Shown: one piece after another, positions 9,642 to 19,074 of the stretch
How the letters are laid out: the number at the start of each line of letters is the position of its first letter
Numbering within the stretch: position 1 is the stretch's first letter
Assembly (NCBI GenBank): GCA_963579735.1
Contig: CAUZIB010000009.1
Location: 13,491-77,490 of the forward strand
DNA from: Vicinamibacteria bacterium
Lineage (GTDB): Bacteria > Acidobacteriota > Vicinamibacteria > Vicinamibacterales > UBA8438
DNA: 64,000 bases
Direction: 5' to 3'
The notes under the pieces: generated by a model
Database searches by the model: none
Told to the model about the DNA's origin: nothing
Seen by the model: only the letters and a program-made list of their open reading frames with translations
Made by a program: the position numbers and the translations under genes

Positions 9642-10558
9642 ACCGCCCCTTCCTGAACAATCACGCGAGGCACCGGCTGAGTGGTCACGGCAACCGTGAC
9701 GCCCACCGGGACGGTCCACAACGGCCCCGCCGTATGACCAGTCGGAAACCCGTGGACGATCGGGCCGTCGAAGTCACGAAGCAGGTCCGTCACCACCGAG
9801 CGTGCATCACGACCTTCGGTGTCCCGACACTGGGGAAACTCTCCGCAGACAACCGCCGACGCCCGAGCCACCAACCCGGCGTGTATCAACTGGGTAAGCA
9901 TCCGGTCTATGCGGTAGGGGCGCTCGGCGACATCCTCGAGTAGCAGCACATAGCCCGACGGAGGAGAAAACGCATAGGGCGTCGAGAGCGACGCGGTGAG
10001 CTGGGTCAGCGTGCCCCCGAGCAGCGGACCGCTCGCCTGGCCGTCTCGAACCGTCTCCAGACCGTCGGGTTCCAAGGGGCCAAACGGCGCGCCGCTCGTC
10101 AGCGCGCCGAGCAGCGACGCCCGGTCGTATCCGGCTTCTCCGTCCGCCAGATTGACCATCATCGGTCCGTGGAAACCGACGGTCTCACAGCACGTCGTGA
10201 GAAACACCAGGAGCGTCGTGAGGTCTGAACAGCCGATCAGCGGCTTTGTTGTCGCTCGAAACACCGAGGCATCGAGCCACGGAAGAAGCTGGGCGCTTCC
10301 GTATCCGCCGCGCACGGCGAAAATTGCGGCGATACTCGGATCGGACCACGCCGCCGTGAGTATTTCCGCGCGCACCGCGGCTGACCCGGCCACGTATCCC
10401 GTCTTGTCAAACACCCGTTGGTCCCACGACGGTTGGAACCCGAGCACCGAGAGTTCAGCCGCGCCACGCTCTAGTATCAATGGGTCAAAGGGACTCGCCG
10501 GGGCGACGATGGCCACGCGGTCTCCCGACCGTAACGCCCTCGGCTTTCTCATCGTCAC
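9635..10558 (-). CDS. ldcA: LD-carboxypeptidase (muramoyltetrapeptide carboxypeptidase, peptidase S66)
   Basis: LRSGDRVAIVAPASPF N-terminus and the nucleophile motif GCSDLT. Confidence 0.8.
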   Translation of the reverse strand: MTMRKPRALRSGDRVAIVAPASPFDPLILERGAAELSVLGFQPSWDQRVFDKTGYVAGSAAVRAEILTAAWSDPSIAAIFAVRGGYGSAQLLPWLDASVFRATTKPLIGCSDLTTLLVFLTTCCETVGFHGPMMVNLADGEAGYDRASLLGALTSGAPFGPLEPDGLETVRDGQASGPLLGGTLTQLTASLSTPYAFSPPSGYVLLLEDVAERPYRIDRMLTQLIHAGLVARASAVVCGEFPQCRDTEGRDARSVVTDLLRDFDGPIVHGFPTGHTAGPLWTVPVGVTVAVTTQPVPRVIVQEGAVW

Positions 10559-10576
10559 AACTTCGCGAGTGGCCGG

Positions 10577-11671
10577 TTACGCAAACCGGCGTATCTCGTC
10601 CGCAATGGCCTCGTGCTCAGAACTCCCAAGATCGCGACGGAGCTCGCGAGCCGACGGCGGCCGCCACTCCGCCGGGGCAGCAAGAAAGCGTTCCTTCGCT
10701 CGTCGACCTCGCTTCAGTGCATCCTCGACCCGGGCGACCAAGAGCGTTCCGTCTTCGACGGCTCGAATGATCGCTTCGAGGGTCGCGACCTGACTGTCTG
10801 CATCTGGGGTGCACAGTAGCGCCAGGTCGCATCCGGCAGTCAACGCTTGCACGGTAGCGGTCTCCACCGACCGCTCATTCGCGATCGCTTCCATGCTCAT
10901 GTCGTCGGTCACAATGACGCCCGTAAAGCCCAGATCTTCCCGGAGCAGCTCCTGAACGATACGGCGTGACAGGGTGCCCGGTGACTCCTCATCGACGGCG
11001 GGATACAAGACGTGCGCGGTCATCAGCATGGCAACGCCGGCCCTGATCGCCGCTCGAAACGGCGCGAGCTCGACGGCCCGCAGGCGGTCGAGAGGATGCT
11101 CGACGATGGGCAGCTCGTGATGCGAGTCAGTGCTGGTATCCCCGTGCCCCGGGAAGTGCTTCCCGCAGGCGGCCACGCCGGCGGTCTGAACCAAGGTGAC
11201 AATTTCAGCGCCGAGAGTGGCAACCAGCTCGGGGTCAGCAGAGAGCGCGCGATCGCCAATGGCCGGGTTACCCGGATTGGTGCCAACGTCAAGCACCGGG
11301 ACGTAGTCTAGCGAGATCCCGACCGCACGCATCTCGCGGGCCAACGCGACGGCAAAGCGGCGCGTCAGTTCGACCGTGCCGTTGTTACCGAGCGCGCGCA
11401 TCGGCGGCCACTTGGTAAATCCCTCGCGTAGCCGGGCGACACGCCCCCCTTCTTGGTCAATACTGACCCACAGTGGCAACTCCGACGCAAGACCTTGCGC
11501 GTCATGGGACAGCTCTGCCACTTGGGCCGGCTCCTCGACATTGCGAGCAAACAGGATGACTCCCCCGAGATCGAAGTCACGGGCGACCCGGCGCAAGTCA
11601 TCTGGAATCGTGGGGCCGTCAAAGCCAGCAACAACAAGCTGACCAACGTGGCGTCTAATATACGTGGACAT
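10577..11671 (-). CDS. nagZ: Beta-N-acetylhexosaminidase (GH3)
   Basis: GGVILFARN and KHFPGHGDTSTDSH motifs. Confidence 0.85.
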   Translation of the reverse strand: MSTYIRRHVGQLVVAGFDGPTIPDDLRRVARDFDLGGVILFARNVEEPAQVAELSHDAQGLASELPLWVSIDQEGGRVARLREGFTKWPPMRALGNNGTVELTRRFAVALAREMRAVGISLDYVPVLDVGTNPGNPAIGDRALSADPELVATLGAEIVTLVQTAGVAACGKHFPGHGDTSTDSHHELPIVEHPLDRLRAVELAPFRAAIRAGVAMLMTAHVLYPAVDEESPGTLSRRIVQELLREDLGFTGVIVTDDMSMEAIANERSVETATVQALTAGCDLALLCTPDADSQVATLEAIIRAVEDGTLLVARVEDALKRGRRAKERFLAAPAEWRPPSARELRRDLGSSEHEAIADEIRRFA

Positions 11672-11854
11672 CGCTGTGGTCTCTGGAGCGCGTGGTTCAC
11701 CTGTCTCGGACGCCGCCCCCCCGGCGCAGGGTCAACGGCGGAAGCGCGGCCCGCCCGGGAGCACCACACGTCCTGGAGACGACACGTACGGCCTCAGCCC
11801 TCACGCCTGGTGTCCGGTGAACAGCACCATGGAGCCGCCCATTATAATGCGCAA

Positions 11855-12850
11855 GTGCGAGTCGATTCTTCTGCGCCCACACGACTCGATCTGGCCGGTG
11901 GCACGCTCGACATCTGGCCACTCTATCTGTTTCACGAGGGCGCGGTCACAGTGAATGCCGCCACCACGTTGCGAGCCAACTGCACGCTGTCTGAGAGCGA
12001 AGACGACGCGTGGCACCTGCGCTCCATCGACACCGGAACGGCACTCACGATCACGGACCTCTCCACCGCCGCCCCGCGCGAGCACCGCTTGGCGGTGCAG
12101 CTGCTCCGGTTCTTTGCCCCGTCACCTCTGGTGCTCGTGACCCAATCCGAATCGCCGCTCGGCGCCGGACTCGCCGGGTCGTCGGCGTTGGCGGTTGCCG
12201 TTTCTGCCGCGTTGGCTTCTTGGGTGGATATCCAGTACGAGCCCGAGCGATTCATGGACATCGTGATGAATCTGGAGGCGCAAGTGCTGGGGGTGCCGAC
12301 CGGCACGCAGGACTACCGGCCCGCGGTCTACGGCGGCGTGTCCGCGATCGATATGGGTCCCGGTGGCGTCGTCCGACGGCAGCTTGCGGTCGACGTCGAA
12401 GAGCTGTCCCGCCGAGCGCTGGTGATATATACCGGAGAGTCACGAAATTCTGGACTGAACAATTGGGAGGTCACCAAGCTCAGGCTCGACGGCGATGCAC
12501 GGGTCACGTCAATATTTGGGGAAATCACGGCGGTGGCTCAAGCCATGGCCCAGGCGGTCGAAACCGCGGCATGGCGCGACGTGGAACAACTGTTGTCCCG
12601 AGAATGGGAACTACGCAAGCAGCTGGCACCCGGGGTCACGACACCGCAGATCGACGCGCTCGTCGCGTGCGGTGATGAAGCTGGTGCCAGGGCCGCGAAA
12701 ATCTGCGGCGCCGGGGGCGGCGGCTGCCTTCTTTTCTTGGCCGATCCTCCGGATGTTCCAGCACTACGGATGGCGCTCACCGCCGCCGGGGGGCGCCCGC
12801 TGGAGACCGATATCGACCGCGAAGGGCTGCGGGTCACCGTAACGCAGTGA
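11855..12850 (+). CDS. GHMP-family sugar kinase (HddA/fucokinase-like branch)
   Basis: APTRLDLAGGTLDIWPLY N-terminal motif, GHMP motif II PLGAGLAGSSALAVAV, C-terminal KICGAGGGGCLLF. GTG at 11855 is chosen; GTG at 11810 is also possible. Confidence 0.7.
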   Translation: MRVDSSAPTRLDLAGGTLDIWPLYLFHEGAVTVNAATTLRANCTLSESEDDAWHLRSIDTGTALTITDLSTAAPREHRLAVQLLRFFAPSPLVLVTQSESPLGAGLAGSSALAVAVSAALASWVDIQYEPERFMDIVMNLEAQVLGVPTGTQDYRPAVYGGVSAIDMGPGGVVRRQLAVDVEELSRRALVIYTGESRNSGLNNWEVTKLRLDGDARVTSIFGEITAVAQAMAQAVETAAWRDVEQLLSREWELRKQLAPGVTTPQIDALVACGDEAGARAAKICGAGGGGCLLFLADPPDVPALRMALTAAGGRPLETDIDREGLRVTVTQ

Positions 12851-12869
12851 CGCGGCGAGGCACTGCCCC

Positions 12870-14606
12870 ATGACGTCTGCCCAGATAGAGAACCAGGAGA
12901 TCGCGCGCGTCTTCGAAGAAATCGCGGCGTTGCTCGAGATCTCCGGAGCCAATCCCTTCAAAATCCGGGCATATCGGAACGCATCCGAAGTCATCTCCAC
13001 CATGGCCGAGCGCGTGAGCGGGCTCGGCGCCGTGGACCTCCGGGCGATCCCCGGCATAGGGAAAGACCTGGCCGCAAAAATCCAGGAGCTCACCACAACG
13101 GGCGGGCTGGCGTTCCATCGTCAGCTCACGACAGAGTACCCGGCTTCCCTCCTCGAGTTATTGAGTCTGCAGGGCCTGGGCCCAAAGACGGTCGCGTTGC
13201 TGTATGAGAAACTGCACATCGCCACGATCGATGATCTCGAGCACGCCGCGAGCGAGGGTCGGCTCGACGGCCTCCGAGGTCTTGGGCAGAAGAAGCAGCA
13301 ACTGATGCTGCGGGCGATTGAAGAACGACGACGGCGACACGGCCGGCACCTCATCCGCGCCGCGCGCACCGCCGCCGAATCCGTCATCGCTCATCTTCAG
13401 TCGACGCATCCCGAAGGTCGGTTCCAACCAGTCGGGAGTCTCCGCCGGGGATGCGAGACGTGTGGCGACGTCGACATTCTGGCGGTCGGGGTCGCGCTCG
13501 AGGTTCACGACCAATTCACTGCGTTTCCGGGGACGACACGGATTCTTGGTCACGGTCAGACCAAGTCGAGCATCCTGCTTCGGGACGGAATTCAGGTAGA
13601 TCTCCGGGTGGTTCCTCCCGAAAGTGAAGGCGCCGCACTGCAATATTTCACCGGCTCAAAAGCCCACAACATCGCGTTGCGGGACCGAGCCTTGCAGCGC
13701 GACTTGAGACTGAATGAATATGGTCTGTTCCACATCAGCGACGACCGCCGAGTCGCGGGTCGGACAGAACAAGAGATTTACGAAGCGCTCGACCTCGCCT
13801 ATGTGCCGCCCGAGCTCAGGGAAAACCGGGGCGAGCTTGCTGCAGCCGCGAGCGACGCACTTCCCCAACTTGTCGACCACACTCAGATCCGCGGGGATCT
13901 ACACAGCCACACCACCGCGACCGACGGACGAGCCGACATCGAAACCATGGCACGGGCGGCCATTGATCGAGGACTCGAGTACTTGGCGATCACCGACCAC
14001 AGTCAAGCCCTCGCCATGGCCAATGGCCTCGATGAGACCGGCGCGCTAGCCCACGCCCGCCGTATCAGAGAAATCGACGCGACGTTGCCCGGCATCACGC
14101 TCTTGGCGGGTATTGAGTGCGACATCCTGCCGGATGGCACGTTGGACTTGGCCGAGGACTGCCTGGCCCAACTCGACCTCGTCATCGCGTCGGTCCACTC
14201 CGCATTCGGACAAGAAGAAGCCCAAATGACCGAGCGCGTGCTGCGAGCGATGGAGTCACCGCTCGTCGACATCATCGGTCATCCCACCGGTCGTTTGCTG
14301 CTACGACGCGAGCCGTATCGGCTTGACGTCGAACAACTGATTGATGCCGCCGCGAACTGCGGCGTGGCCCTCGAAATCAACTCGCAGGTGCACAGACTGG
14401 ATCTGAATGACGCCCACGCCAAGCTCGCCCGGGAGCGCGGTGTCAGCCTCGTCGTGTCGACCGATGCCCACGCGCCAGAGGATCTCGCCTTGATCGAATG
14501 GGGCACAATGGTCGCGCGCCGAGCCTGGCTGGAACCATCACACGTGCTCAACACCCTGCCCGTCGACGAATTTCGCGCGCGTCTCCGACGCGCATCTCAG
14601 ACCTGA
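12870..14606 (+). CDS. polX: Family X DNA polymerase with C-terminal PHP domain
   Basis: NQEIARVFEEIAALLEISGANPFKIRAYRNA, GDVDIL and the PHP motif HSHTTATDG. Confidence 0.9.
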   Translation: MTSAQIENQEIARVFEEIAALLEISGANPFKIRAYRNASEVISTMAERVSGLGAVDLRAIPGIGKDLAAKIQELTTTGGLAFHRQLTTEYPASLLELLSLQGLGPKTVALLYEKLHIATIDDLEHAASEGRLDGLRGLGQKKQQLMLRAIEERRRRHGRHLIRAARTAAESVIAHLQSTHPEGRFQPVGSLRRGCETCGDVDILAVGVALEVHDQFTAFPGTTRILGHGQTKSSILLRDGIQVDLRVVPPESEGAALQYFTGSKAHNIALRDRALQRDLRLNEYGLFHISDDRRVAGRTEQEIYEALDLAYVPPELRENRGELAAAASDALPQLVDHTQIRGDLHSHTTATDGRADIETMARAAIDRGLEYLAITDHSQALAMANGLDETGALAHARRIREIDATLPGITLLAGIECDILPDGTLDLAEDCLAQLDLVIASVHSAFGQEEAQMTERVLRAMESPLVDIIGHPTGRLLLRREPYRLDVEQLIDAAANCGVALEINSQVHRLDLNDAHAKLARERGVSLVVSTDAHAPEDLALIEWGTMVARRAWLEPSHVLNTLPVDEFRARLRRASQT

Positions 14607-14670
14607 GAGTGCGCCCAATCGGTGCGTTCTGAGCCCGCCCTGTTTGTCCAGAATCCGGTATTGTCTTCGC

Positions 14671-15741
14671 CTAATGTGTGGCCGATAGCGCTTTGAGTCG
14701 ATCTGCCGCGAGTTGCCGCGTCAACGTCCCAGGGCCGACCTCGCGGCAAAGTGGTGCGGCTTGCCCAGACCAGAGCGAAGAGAAATCGGTCGCCCCGGTC
14801 GTTTCCGCCTTCGCTTTCAGTGGGGCGAGGCTCCTCCCCGCGGTTGGAAACGCGGGCACTTGGTCTGACATCGGACCGATCTCCTTCATAACCCGATTCA
14901 TCAGCCCACGCGCAGGCCGTCCAGAAAAAACATTCGTCAACGCTGTGTGGTCGCCCCGTGCGCCACGTACCGCCAGACGGTGCTGGTCGGATATCAGTGA
15001 TTCTGGCGTAAATAGATACGCCGTGCCGATTTGCGCACCCGTGGCACCAAGCGCAAACGCCGCGGCCATTCCTCGTCCATCCGCAATCGCGCCGGCAGCG
15101 ATCACCGGCACGTGCACGGCATCGACAATTTGCGGGACCAGAGCCAGGGTCCCCGGCTGGGTCGCGATATCGTCCGTGAGAAACATTCCGCGGTGGCCGC
15201 CCGCCTCCGCCCCCTGTGCAACGATTGCATCGCATCCGCGTTCTTCGAGCCACCTGGCTTCCGCGACCGTGGTCGCGGAGCTAATGACCAGATAGCCTGC
15301 GGCTTTGACGCGGCTCAGGAGCGCGTTCGTCGGGAGTCCGAAATGAAAGCTCACCACCTCTGGGCCGAACGCTTCGACAATTTCGCACATTGGCTCATCA
15401 AATGGCGTGCGGTTCACGGCAGGTGTTGAAACGGCGTCAACGCCAAGCTCGTGATAATACGGAGCAAGCCGCTCTTTCCAGCGCGCATCCCTGTCGGCGT
15501 CCAGACGCGACGGGGTATGGCAGAAAAAATTGATATTGCCGGGCTTGCTTGTCTGTTTTCGGATGGCCGCGATTTCCTCACCCGCTTGGGCTGGGGCGAG
15601 CATGCCACAGGGGAGCGACCCGAGTCCGCCAGCCTCGCTGACTGCAATGGCCATCGCGGCCCCGTTGGCACCAGCCATCGGAGCCTGCACAACCGGGAGC
15701 GCAATCCTGAACAGATCGAGCAGTCTGCGATCCGGCCACAT
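14671..15741 (-). CDS. Nitronate monooxygenase (NMO, FMN-dependent)
   Basis: VVQAPMAGA and IAAGAIADGRG motifs. Confidence 0.85.
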   Translation of the reverse strand: MWPDRRLLDLFRIALPVVQAPMAGANGAAMAIAVSEAGGLGSLPCGMLAPAQAGEEIAAIRKQTSKPGNINFFCHTPSRLDADRDARWKERLAPYYHELGVDAVSTPAVNRTPFDEPMCEIVEAFGPEVVSFHFGLPTNALLSRVKAAGYLVISSATTVAEARWLEERGCDAIVAQGAEAGGHRGMFLTDDIATQPGTLALVPQIVDAVHVPVIAAGAIADGRGMAAAFALGATGAQIGTAYLFTPESLISDQHRLAVRGARGDHTALTNVFSGRPARGLMNRVMKEIGPMSDQVPAFPTAGRSLAPLKAKAETTGATDFSSLWSGQAAPLCREVGPGTLTRQLAADRLKALSATH

Positions 15742-15771
15742 CGTTGCTTCTCCTTGTGCTTAGCGAATCCC

Positions 15772-18201
15772 TCAAAATCGGAACTGCCGGGTCAATTTGA
15801 CGACGAAGGCCCGGTTCTCGAGTAGTGGAAAGCCGCGTCCCATCTGGGTGTCTCGCTGATCGTTGTACACGATGAACAGTTCACTGCCCGGTTGATACTC
15901 CCAACGCATGCGAACGTTGGTGCTGAGCAGCTCCCCGGTGGAGTTGTATTGAAGGAGCCCGCCGACAAACATGCGGGGAGTGAAGGTGTAGGTGATCCGC
16001 ATGATGGCGACCTTTGCCGTGAACTGTCCTTGCGGCAACGTGATGCGATTGAGCGACACGCCCGGTTCCAGCGAGAACTGTCGGGTGATTTCGACTCGGC
16101 CGCGTGAATAGCCAACCGCCGTAATGTCTCCATCAAAAAACGCACCGCGCTGAAACGAGAAGGACCCTGCAACTCGACGTTGCGGCCCCATTCGGTATGA
16201 CAGCATGTAGTCTTGAAACTCGTATCCGCCGACCGGGATCGTGACGTCGGTGGAAATCTCGAAGGGTTCGGCTAGAAGCTCGTAGCTCTTCTGGATGTCT
16301 GCCGTCAGGCTGTCGCTGTTCTCGAAGTCCGTGCGGAAACTTGCCCGCGACACTCGCGTCTCAAGCTGACCGGCGCCGTTCAGGATGTAGTCGAAGCTCC
16401 CACCCCAGGTAAACTGCCGGACCGCCTCGAGGCCACGCGGGCGTGGACTGAACTGGGCGTAGGCGAATGTTCGCCGGAAGTCATCGCGACGCACGAACCC
16501 CACTTCCGGATTGAAATTTTCGCCGACGAGCAAGTGGTCAACCTGGAGTCCGTATAGATCGCCCTCGTAGGAGAATGCCGCTTGGTAGCTCTCGTTCTTA
16601 TCCTTGAGACCGGGGGTCTCGGTGCGAGCGTAGTAGCCATAGACATTCACGTCGTCATGAAAGGAAAACGCCCCATCGAGACCATAGGCTTGGTTCGAAC
16701 CCTCACCGGACAGGGATACGGATCGATTCGTGAAAATCGCTCCGATCCGACTTCGTCTCAGAATGTCGCGCTTGACTCGGAGCACCGTAAAATTTGTCGA
16801 ACGCGTATTCGCATCGGACACGTCATCAGTTTGAATATTGATGGCTCCAACACTGAAATCCCCCACCTTACCGGTCAACCGTCCGCCACCGAGGATTGAG
16901 ACCGCCTGGCCCTGGTCCAAACCGATACGCCGGCTAAAGAAAATCGTCGGCGCGTCGCCCCCACCGAAGACTCCGGGCGCGGCGGTTGCATTGCCCCGAC
17001 CGGTCGGCAACCCGCCAAAACCTGGCACGGTCCCAAAGTCGAAAATCCCTTGTCCTTCGAGGAAGAACTCGCGCTTTTCCGGGAAAAACAAATTGAATCG
17101 CGTCAGATTGATCTGTTGCTCGTCAACCTCCACTTGGGCGAAGTCGGTGTTGTAGGTAAAGTCAGCCGTCAGATTCTCGGTCAGCCCGTATTTCACATCA
17201 ACGCCAACGTCGCCATCCACGTCGTTCACGACGGGCGGCACGGCATTCCGATCCGTCGCCAGTGACCCAATCACATAGGGTTTGATTTCGAATGTCCGGT
17301 TCCCTTGCGGCACTTCCAGACCAGTCAGCGTGGCCGCAGCAGATACGCGGAATTGCCCTGGCCCTGCGGAAATCGGCACCGCGGTCAGATACGCCTCTTC
17401 GAAGCTCGACCGAATATCACGTCCAAGCTGAACGCCCCACAGCTGTGCCGGCCCGGGGCTAAAACGGAGAGACTTGAAGGGAATAGCCATCTCAACGGTC
17501 CAGCCTTCCGCAAACCGACCGGTGCGGACATCCCACACGGGGTTCCAATCGGCATTGGGGTTTCCCTCGTCGGTAATCTGTTGGTCGCTGAATCCCCCGA
17601 TCGGATTGACTCTGAACGCAAACCCATTTCGCCGGTCATGGAACGTATCAAACACGACAATGAACCCGTCGTTATTGATGAGCTGAAACGAATCGCGCTG
17701 CATCTCATTGGCAATCCACTGTGACTCAGGCGCGGATTCCCACAAGCGCGCGGCCACATAGATGGATCGGTCGTCATAGAAGATCCAGGCCTCAGTCGGC
17801 TCTGATGCCGGAGCCCCTTCATCGGGCGCCTGCTGGATAAAGTCGCCGATAGGCTCCACTTCCGCATAAAACGCCTCGTCCAGAATGCCGTCCAACTGCC
17901 ACGGGCCTTCGAGTCTGACCGCCCGGACTGTCGCGCCGCCATTGGCATCGCGAGCAATCGTCGCAGGGGCTACTGGTGCGGGTGGCCCATCGATCGCCGG
18001 CGCGTCAGCCAGGTCAAGAGGCGAAGGCTGAGACTGCCGCCCGGGCGCGGTTGACGCGACGGTCTCGCCGGCGAGCCAGGGCTGCGGTTCGCGGCTGGCG
18101 GATTGTCGGGGCGCAGCGCCGAGCTGCGTCGTCGCTGCACTGGACACAACCCACAGGACAAACACAGCGGCCGCACGGACCAGGACGATAGAGTTTGACA
18201 C
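15772..18201 (-). CDS. Outer-membrane protein with N-terminal CBM9-like domain (DUF5916 family)
   Basis: Signal peptide. DGILDEAFY...IGDFIQQAPDEG...WIFYDDRSIYVAARL resembles CBM9/DUF5916. Long beta-rich C-terminal part ending ...KLTRQFRF (terminal aromatic residue typical of barrel proteins). Confidence 0.65.
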   Translation of the reverse strand: MSNSIVLVRAAAVFVLWVVSSAATTQLGAAPRQSASREPQPWLAGETVASTAPGRQSQPSPLDLADAPAIDGPPAPVAPATIARDANGGATVRAVRLEGPWQLDGILDEAFYAEVEPIGDFIQQAPDEGAPASEPTEAWIFYDDRSIYVAARLWESAPESQWIANEMQRDSFQLINNDGFIVVFDTFHDRRNGFAFRVNPIGGFSDQQITDEGNPNADWNPVWDVRTGRFAEGWTVEMAIPFKSLRFSPGPAQLWGVQLGRDIRSSFEEAYLTAVPISAGPGQFRVSAAATLTGLEVPQGNRTFEIKPYVIGSLATDRNAVPPVVNDVDGDVGVDVKYGLTENLTADFTYNTDFAQVEVDEQQINLTRFNLFFPEKREFFLEGQGIFDFGTVPGFGGLPTGRGNATAAPGVFGGGDAPTIFFSRRIGLDQGQAVSILGGGRLTGKVGDFSVGAINIQTDDVSDANTRSTNFTVLRVKRDILRRSRIGAIFTNRSVSLSGEGSNQAYGLDGAFSFHDDVNVYGYYARTETPGLKDKNESYQAAFSYEGDLYGLQVDHLLVGENFNPEVGFVRRDDFRRTFAYAQFSPRPRGLEAVRQFTWGGSFDYILNGAGQLETRVSRASFRTDFENSDSLTADIQKSYELLAEPFEISTDVTIPVGGYEFQDYMLSYRMGPQRRVAGSFSFQRGAFFDGDITAVGYSRGRVEITRQFSLEPGVSLNRITLPQGQFTAKVAIMRITYTFTPRMFVGGLLQYNSTGELLSTNVRMRWEYQPGSELFIVYNDQRDTQMGRGFPLLENRAFVVKLTRQFRF

Positions 18202-18284
18202 TCTTCCCTTCTGAGCACTGGAGGGACACCCGGGATCTGGGACGCTGCGGGCGAAGGGTCCGCGCGCAAAGGGCCCCGGTCCAA

Positions 18285-19037
18285 CTATGGTATCTGTTCG
18301 ATGATGACCTGGGCGAGACTCGCCGGATCGGGTCGCAGTTCAGCGTCACCCGCCGGCATTCCGCCGACGCTGAGCATGTAGGCGATAACATCGACATACT
18401 CTTCGTCGGTTAGCGATCCCGGGTTGCTTTCTGGCATCGTCGCCCGCGTGTATTCGAATAGCGTGGCCAAGGACCGTCCGGCCCAATTCCGGAGAAATCT
18501 CGCGCGCGCCAGTGGTGGCGTCGAGCGCATATCGGGATCATCCGCGGCGCCGTTCAATCTACGGCCATGACAGGTGCCACAAGGTCCCGGGTATATCGCT
18601 CGGCCCCTGCTGACCTGGTCGTCCGAAAACACGCCGTCCCAGACCGACACCGTCGGGACAACGGCCTCGAGCTCAGCCAGTACGGCTGTCGTCTCGCTGG
18701 TCGTCACCACACCACGATCGTTCGCCCACGCGTTGCGCACGTAGGTCGCCACCGCGGAAATGTCCTCCGCGGTCAATTCAGAAAACGGTGGCATACGTCC
18801 TGTGCCCTGACGGATGGTCCTGACAATCCCCTCCGTGTTCCCGAGCTGTTCGTTGCCATTCAGCGCGGGAAACGTAGGCGGGGTTCCTTCGCCGGATTCT
18901 TGGTGACACAACGCGCAGCGGTCCTGATAGATCTGCTGCCCTTGCTCATACCCGACGGTCGTGGTCACTGGCTGAGCGATCGCCATGGGGGCAAAAAGAC
19001 AGACGGGACCGAGCCCAGCCACCATGATCTTCCACAT
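18285..19037 (-). CDS. Diheme c-type cytochrome, periplasmic
   Basis: Two CxxCH motifs (CALCH, CGTCH). ATG at 19037 gives the signal peptide MWKIMVAGLGPVCLFAPMAIA. Confidence 0.8.
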   Translation of the reverse strand: MWKIMVAGLGPVCLFAPMAIAQPVTTTVGYEQGQQIYQDRCALCHQESGEGTPPTFPALNGNEQLGNTEGIVRTIRQGTGRMPPFSELTAEDISAVATYVRNAWANDRGVVTTSETTAVLAELEAVVPTVSVWDGVFSDDQVSRGRAIYPGPCGTCHGRRLNGAADDPDMRSTPPLARARFLRNWAGRSLATLFEYTRATMPESNPGSLTDEEYVDVIAYMLSVGGMPAGDAELRPDPASLAQVIIEQIP

Positions 19038-19074
19038 CAGCGCTTCTCTCCCATTCTCGTCGGGGCGTAAAGAG

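Noticed and set aside
17925-17940. Fourth copy of the dispersed element (11-mer GGACTGTCGCG identical to copy A)
   Set aside because: It lies inside the DUF5916 coding sequence, only 11 nt match, and there is no flanking similarity. This is compatible with chance in GC-rich DNA.
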